In this document: in pieces, positions 58,941 to 64,000 of the stretch
Layout of the letters: every line of letters starts with the position of its first letter
Position numbering within the stretch: position 1 is the stretch's first letter
Notes under the pieces: generated by a model
Databases searched by the model: none
What the model was told of the DNA's origin: nothing
Seen by the model: the letters and a program-made list of their open reading frames with translations, nothing else
From: an uncultured Armatimonadia bacterium
GTDB lineage: Bacteria; Armatimonadota; Zipacnadia; CAVVLO01
Direction of reading: 5' to 3'
Length of the DNA stretch: 64,000 bases
Assembly: GCA_963749155.1 (NCBI GenBank)
Contig: CAVVLO010000002.1
Coordinates: 928,001-992,000, forward strand
Position numbers and translations under genes: made by a program

Positions 58941-60695
58941 CAGGCCTGTGAGGCGTCTCCCATAGCCGACTGGATCTGGTGCAGCGAATAGTAAAGCCCT
59001 CGCTGAGCAATCAATTCGTCGTGACTGCCCTGTTCAGCCAGCCGGCCGCGCTCCAGCACACAGATAATGTCGGCGTTGCGCACGGTAGAAAGCCTGTGAG
59101 CTATTACCAGGGTCGTGCGCCCTTTCATTAGTTTCTCCAGCGCCTGTTGAACAAGTCGCTCGCTCTCACTGTCCAGCAAGCTGGTAGCCTCGTCCAAAAT
59201 CAGGATGCGTGGATTGAGCAGCAGCGCGCGCGCGATGGCGATGCGCTGCCTTTGGCCACCAGAGAGGCTGACTCCGCGCTCACCAACCTGGGTGTCGAAC
59301 TGCTGGGGCAGCTTCTCGATGAACTCGACCGCGTTGGCGTTGCTGGCAGCCTCGAAGACTTCCTCATCGGTGGCCTCCAGATTGCCATAAGCGATATTGT
59401 CTTTCACACTGCCCGAGAAGAGCAAAGTTTCCTGCGGCACTATGCCCATCTGAGAGCGCAGCGAGGGCAGCGTTACTTTCGTCACGTCGTGGCCATCCAC
59501 CAGCAAGCGGCCCTTGGTCGCTTCATAAAGCCGAGGCACCAGGTTGGCTATGGTCGTCTTGCCCGCGCCCGAAGGCCCGACAAGAGCAACAATCTGACCT
59601 GGGGCTACCTCAAGGCAGAAATCCTCGATGACCCAGTATTCACTGGACTTGTACTTGAAGAAGACATGGTCGAAGGTCAGGCGCCCGGCGGCTGGACCAG
59701 GGAGCTGCTCTGCATCTGGCTCATCGAAGATATCTTCGGGGGTCTGCAGAACCTGGACGAGTCGCTCACTTGCAGCTTCGGCGTGCTGCATGTGATGTTG
59801 AACTTGCCCAGGTCCGTAAACTTGGCGCCTACCTCGCGAATCAGGAACAAAAAGCTGAAGATGGTATTGGTCTCGAGTCTTCCCGCTGTGACTTCGACGA
59901 AACCTAACCAAAGAGCCACAGTAAGCCCACGGCTGCGATGATTTCCACCACAGGGCGTTAGCGCTCCCCGCAGCCGTGCCGCGCGCATCAGGTCGCGGAA
60001 GTTGGTCATATTCTCGTGATGGAAGCGCTCGACCTCGTAGTTTTCCCGACAGAAGATCTGCACTATCCGGATAGACGAGATGGCCTCCTGCATAAAGGAG
60101 GTCATCTGCCCAAGCACCTGCTGGATGCGCCGGCCAATCTTGCGCATACGCCCTCCGGCCCCAGCGATTGCGATCCCAATAAGCGGCACGAGCAACAAGG
60201 TCAGCAACGTTAACTTGGGACTGATTTTCATCATCCCGCACAGAGCGCCGATGATAGTCACCGGATCTTTAATCATCTGGTTGACGCTGCCTGTCAGGCC
60301 CCGCTGGATAGTCTGGATATCATTGGTCAGTCTGGACAGCAACTGGCCAGTTGCCTGGTCTTCAAAATAACCAAGAGAAAGATGCTGAAGTTTGGCATAG
60401 ACCTCCGGCGCAGGTCTACGAGGCTACGCTGGACAGTAAATTCGGTGAAATAGGTGCTGGCGAAGTGGAAAACGCCTTTAACCAGAACAATGCCCAGGAC
60501 GACGATGGTAACCTCGATCATCTTGGCTCTGGCGTTGGGCCCTCCTTCCATCAGAGGGGCCAGAAAACCAGGCCAAGATAATAAGGCAACGCAGCGTTAA
60601 GGCCGCCTTCAATTACTGAACAGAGAATGGCAAGCAAGGCCCGCCACTTTGTAAGGTCTAACGAACACAAAGATTTCTCGGAAGGCGCCCAGCAT
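58940..60695 (-). CDS. msbA: Lipid A flippase ABC transporter; about six indels fragment the frame
   Basis: ATG overlaps the lpxB stop (TGATG). TMD pieces lie in ORFs 60327-60551 and 59677-60342; the NBD (GPSGAGKTT, LSGGQRQR, ILDEATS, IAHRLST) is in ORF 58940-60241. Confidence 0.88.
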
Positions 60696-61840
60696 CAGGA
60701 GGCCGCCTCCTTGTCGAGCAGCTCGAGAGCAAGCTTCACCGTACCATCGAAAGCGCCTGGCTTGAGGGCGCTTGCGCACTCAAGCCAGAGAGACTGGCGT
60801 TGCGCGCGGAGGAGACTGGGCGACTCCAGCAGGCGCAAGGCCGCTCTGGCAAGCTCGGCTCCGCTTGGCTGGATCAACTCGGGCACGACATGGCGCCCAG
60901 CGATTATATTGGGCAAGCCGAACATTGTCGGCCTTAAAGCCAGGTATTGCACCCAGTGCAGCGGATTAGCCCGATAGGCTATCAGCATCGGCCGGACAAG
61001 CAGAGCTGCCTCGAGGGTCACCGTGCCCGAACAGGCCAGCACGAAGTCGCACTCACGAAGCAGGCTGTGGACATCGTCGCGTACCTCAATATCGAGTTCC
61101 CGGATGGCTTCGGCGCGTTTATCGAAGTGACGCTGCAACACGGGCCGGGCCCTGGAGACCAGCAATTTCGCCTTCGAGAAGCGTTTACGCAGGTGATAGC
61201 CAGCCACCAGCAGCGGTGACAGCATATGGCGCAGCTCCGCGTGACGGCTGCCGGGAAGCAGACCGATGACCGGCGCATCGCCAAAATCGCGCACCGCGGT
61301 AGCCTCTTCCTGGGATTTTGGCAAAGCGTCTTTGAGCAAGTCCATCAGAGGGTGACCGACATAAGTCGCGTTTACACCGCTTGCCCGGAGGAGAGTCTCA
61401 GACCAGGGGAACTGGGTAGCCACAGCGTCCGTTACGGCGGCGAAGGGGCTCCAGTCGCGCTCTTTACGTGACCAGGATTTGGGTGGCAGGAAGTAGAGCA
61501 CTTTGCGCCCAAGCGCTTTGGCTTTGGCGGCTATCTTGGAATTGAAGGCGCCAAAATCCACGAGCAGGACGAGGTCGGGCTTGTTCAGCACAAGTTCGCG
61601 CTCGAGCAGGCGTTTGACGTAGAGATAACTGGGCAGTCCCTTGGCCGCCTCGAAGAAACCCATAGCGCCCCAGTCGCTGTTGTCGAAGAGCAACTCCACG
61701 CCAGCTTCGGCCATAAGGGTGGAACCTATGCCAACGCACTCAAGCTCGGGCGCCTGCTCCTTGAGAGCGCGCACAAGATGAGCCGCGTACATTTCGCCGG
61801 AGGCTTCTCCGGTGACCACGAGGAGTCGCTTGGGTTGCAC
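60695..61840 (-). CDS. lpxB: Lipid-A-disaccharide synthase
   Basis: GEASGE, D...FN, P..W, YVGHPL, LLPGSR..E, SGT.TLE, LPNIIA. Confidence 0.94.
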   Translation of the reverse strand: MQPKRLLVVTGEASGEMYAAHLVRALKEQAPELECVGIGSTLMAEAGVELLFDNSDWGAMGFFEAAKGLPSYLYVKRLLERELVLNKPDLVLLVDFGAFNSKIAAKAKALGRKVLYFLPPKSWSRKERDWSPFAAVTDAVATQFPWSETLLRASGVNATYVGHPLMDLLKDALPKSQEEATAVRDFGDAPVIGLLPGSRHAELRHMLSPLLVAGYHLRKRFSKAKLLVSRARPVLQRHFDKRAEAIRELDIEVRDDVHSLLRECDFVLACSGTVTLEAALLVRPMLIAYRANPLHWVQYLALRPTMFGLPNIIAGRHVVPELIQPSGAELARAALRLLESPSLLRAQRQSLWLECASALKPGAFDGTVKLALELLDKEAAS

Positions 61841-61853
61841 CTGGCGTGGCTAC

Positions 61854-62660
61854 CTACCTTCGCCGCGAGGCGCCGCGCGGATCAAGAGCGCGTCCCGCGA
61901 AGCCGGATTCTATCTTCCCAAGGAAATCGACAAACTCTTTGACCTCGGGGATGAGTTCGATTTCGGCCTCGATTTGTTCAAGCGCCTGGGAAAGGTTCAG
62001 TCCCGAGCGATACACCAGCTTGTATGCCCGCTTGAGAAGGGTCCGGTGCTGGGGGCTCATCCCTGACCTGCGCATACCAACGGTGTTGAGCCCTTCGGCT
62101 TCAAGCGGGATGCCATTGACCAAAGTATAAGGCGGCACATCCTGGGTCACGCGAGAAAAACCGCCGATCATCGCGCGCCGCCCAACCCGCACATACTGGT
62201 GCAATCCCGCCATACCGCCAATGGTAACATCGTCCTCGATTACGCAATGGCCACTGATACCTACGCTGTTGGCTACGGTACAACGGTCGCCCATCACGCC
62301 ATTATGGCCAATATGGAAATAAGCCATTAGCAGGTTATCGTCGCCGATGACGGTCTGCCCGCCCTCGCCAGTACCTCGGTGGAGGGTGGAGTATTCTCTA
62401 ATATCGTTGTTATCGCCGACCAAAAGCCAGGTCTCTTCATCGTGGAACTTGCGATCCTGGGGATCGTCGCCCAGCACTGCGCCAGTGTGAAGAATATTGT
62501 TTGCGCCCAGCTTCGTGTTGCGCACGAGGTGTACATGGGGATGCAGCACACAACCCGCGCCCAGGGTGACCCTGGGCCCAATCACACAGTAAGGGCCTAC
62601 TTCAATATTACTGGCAAGTTCTGCAGTTGGATCAACTAGCGCGGTCGGATGAATAGCCAT
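61854..62660 (-). CDS. lpxA: UDP-N-acetylglucosamine acyltransferase
   Basis: IHPTA, hexapeptide repeats, PQD.KF, IRE..T.HRGT, H.GH, HQ..R.G, GLN..G..R; likely start 62660. Confidence 0.95.
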   Translation of the reverse strand: MAIHPTALVDPTAELASNIEVGPYCVIGPRVTLGAGCVLHPHVHLVRNTKLGANNILHTGAVLGDDPQDRKFHDEETWLLVGDNNDIREYSTLHRGTGEGGQTVIGDDNLLMAYFHIGHNGVMGDRCTVANSVGISGHCVIEDDVTIGGMAGLHQYVRVGRRAMIGGFSRVTQDVPPYTLVNGIPLEAEGLNTVGMRRSGMSPQHRTLLKRAYKLVYRSGLNLSQALEQIEAEIELIPEVKEFVDFLGKIESGFAGRALDPRGASRRR

Positions 62661-62697
62661 AAGGGTCGGTCTCCCTTTCAACAAGGCTGAGCCAGAC

Positions 62698-63165
62698 TCA
62701 GCGCTCGACCAGGGCGAAAGACAGGACGCCCTGGGCTACGATTTGGTCGTCGACTTTTGCAACGCAACTTACCTTGCCTGTAATGCCCTTGAGGGCGATT
62801 ATCTCGGCATCGGTAATCAGAGTATCGCCAGGATGCACCTGCTTGCGAAATTTCATCTGCTCGATGCTTCTGAACAGCGCCAGTTTCGAGACGGCATCAT
62901 CAGTCAGATAGAGCAGCACGCCCGCCACCTGGGCCATATGCTCGGTTATAAGAGCCCCAGGCATTATCGGGTTGCCGGGAAAATGCCCATTGAAAAACTC
63001 CTCATTTCGAGTGACGTTTTTCAAGCCCTTGATCCACTTGCCAAGTTCGAAATCGAGAATCCTGTCCACCAGCAGGAAAGGATACCTGTGGGGCAAGATG
63101 CTCTCGATAGCGATAATATCGAGTGGTGGCTCATATTTCGGGTTTGCATCCAGCTCTAAACTCAT
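62698..63165 (-). CDS. fabZ: 3-hydroxyacyl-ACP dehydratase
   Basis: LPHRYPFLLVDR, FNGHFP..PIMPG.LI.E.MAQ. Confidence 0.96.
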   Translation of the reverse strand: MSLELDANPKYEPPLDIIAIESILPHRYPFLLVDRILDFELGKWIKGLKNVTRNEEFFNGHFPGNPIMPGALITEHMAQVAGVLLYLTDDAVSKLALFRSIEQMKFRKQVHPGDTLITDAEIIALKGITGKVSCVAKVDDQIVAQGVLSFALVER

Positions 63166-64000
63166 TCTTGTCCACCCATCCCTGTTTGGTTTCGCAAAGC
63201 CAGCGCTGCCTGGGTGTGCAGCGCATGGCCAGACCTGCTTGCCGTGACTCTTGCTTCAACAAAGGCACCGGTAAGGTATAAGTCGCCCACCAGGTCAAGC
63301 AGCTTGTGGGCTGCCACTTCATTAGCCAGACGAGGCTCGTTTACATAGCCTTCCTCGCCAAGGACCAGGACGTTTTCAAGCGAGGCGCCGCGCGCAAGGC
63401 CTGATTCGATTAAGGCTTTCGCTTCGCTTTCAAGCCCGAAGGTTCGGGCGGGCGCGACCTGCTGGCCGAAAGACGCCTCACACGGGCGATAACTGGCCTC
63501 GACAACGCCAAGCCAGGCCAGTGGAGATTCGAAACGATATTCAAAACTGGCTGTAAGGGCAGGCTCGATGTGTATGAAAGCCTCACCTGCGCGCACCTCA
63601 AGAGGCTCGCTCAGGCGAAGCAGCTTGCGCGAAGCTTCCTGTTTCACAAGCCCCGCTCCCTCGATTAACTCGAGGAAGGGCAAGGCGCTTCCATCCATTA
63701 CGGGTATCTCTGTGCCCTGGACACGCACCAGGCAGTTGTCGACGCCAGCGCCCCAGAAGGCCGCCATCAGATGCTCGACCGTCGCAAGACGAGTTTTCCC
63801 AATACCAAGTGTGGTGCCCCGGCGCGTTTCCAATACATACTCGGCAAGAGCCGGTATGCGTTCGGTCCGTCCCTGACCAGGCACCTCGAATATGATCCCT
63901 GTGTCTTCTGGCGCAGGCAGCAACTCCAGTCCGACCAGCTCACCGGTATGCAACCCGATACCTGCCGCCCTGACTGGGCGCGCGAGGGTGCGTTGCGCTT
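63162..64000 (-). CDS. lpxC: UDP-3-O-acyl-GlcNAc deacetylase (start just outside the window)
   Basis: QRTL....A.GIGLHTG at the window edge, TVEHLMAA, E.P..DGS, ARTFG, HKLLD.VGD, GH. Confidence 0.95.
   Translation of the reverse strand, partial: AQRTLARPVRAAGIGLHTGELVGLELLPAPEDTGIIFEVPGQGRTERIPALAEYVLETRRGTTLGIGKTRLATVEHLMAAFWGAGVDNCLVRVQGTEIPVMDGSALPFLELIEGAGLVKQEASRKLLRLSEPLEVRAGEAFIHIEPALTASFEYRFESPLAWLGVVEASYRPCEASFGQQVAPARTFGLESEAKALIESGLARGASLENVLVLGEEGYVNEPRLANEVAAHKLLDLVGDLYLTGAFVEARVTASRSGHALHTQAALALRNQTGMGGQE

Noticed and set aside
58940..60241. 433-aa ORF as a novel ABC protein with a unique N-terminus
   Set aside because: Its first ~150 residues are an out-of-frame read of the msbA transmembrane region caused by indels.
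1696..60695. Programmed frameshifting or phase variation as the cause of split genes
   Set aside because: No shared slippery heptamer or long simple-sequence repeat at the breakpoints, the shifts go in both directions, and many unrelated genes are hit.
1..64000. CRISPR arrays, rRNA, tRNA, IS elements, prophage or defence genes
   Set aside because: No regularly spaced repeats, cloverleaf or rRNA signatures, or transposase/integrase/phage motifs were seen; almost all sequence is explained by housekeeping or metabolic CDSs.

Overview
A 64-kb, gene-dense, moderately GC-rich chromosomal window from a diderm (LPS-producing) bacterium with Terrabacteria-like gene content, most consistent with Armatimonadota or a related candidate phylum (inference from gene content, not a database result). 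Left to right it holds: a 6S RNA-rarA-DUF948-rsbV-rsbW-sigB-type module; a sugar ABC transporter; degP/holB/tmk and a ycf45-like ATPase; a large uncharacterised secreted GH-A glycoside hydrolase plus a TPR protein; a glycoside-utilisation locus (GH36, FAD oxidoreductase, DUF6785-type membrane protein, two Gfo/Idh/MocA enzymes, MFS); an MBL/Eis-like GNAT/lipoprotein group; NrdR-box-preceded nrdJ with a tiny Cys-rich protein; an SSS transporter with a 34-aa accessory peptide; an MFS and a hybrid kinase; a NIL-ferredoxin-larE-nadB-ACT-aspartokinase operon; and a ~20-kb outer-membrane cluster (lpxC-fabZ-lpxA-lpxB-msbA-waaA-lpxK-lpxL-rfaE2-kdsBADC-metallophosphoesterase-microprotein-GT-C-lptCAB-lptF/G-DUF3084-yqgF-like). 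No CRISPR, rRNA, tRNA or mobile element was seen. Many genes, including normally essential msbA, carry single-base frameshifts that are most likely long-read consensus errors. Top leads: (1) the lipid A cluster has no recognisable lpxH/lpxI in the window but contains a stand-alone UshA-like metallophosphoesterase with an LpxH-like Asn-Arg (GNRE) motif, a candidate new UDP-2,3-diacylglucosamine hydrolase; (2) the DUF6785-centred glycoside locus; (3) the NIL-ferredoxin/LarE/NadB/AspK operon. All family assignments come from motif recognition by eye and need HMM or structure confirmation.
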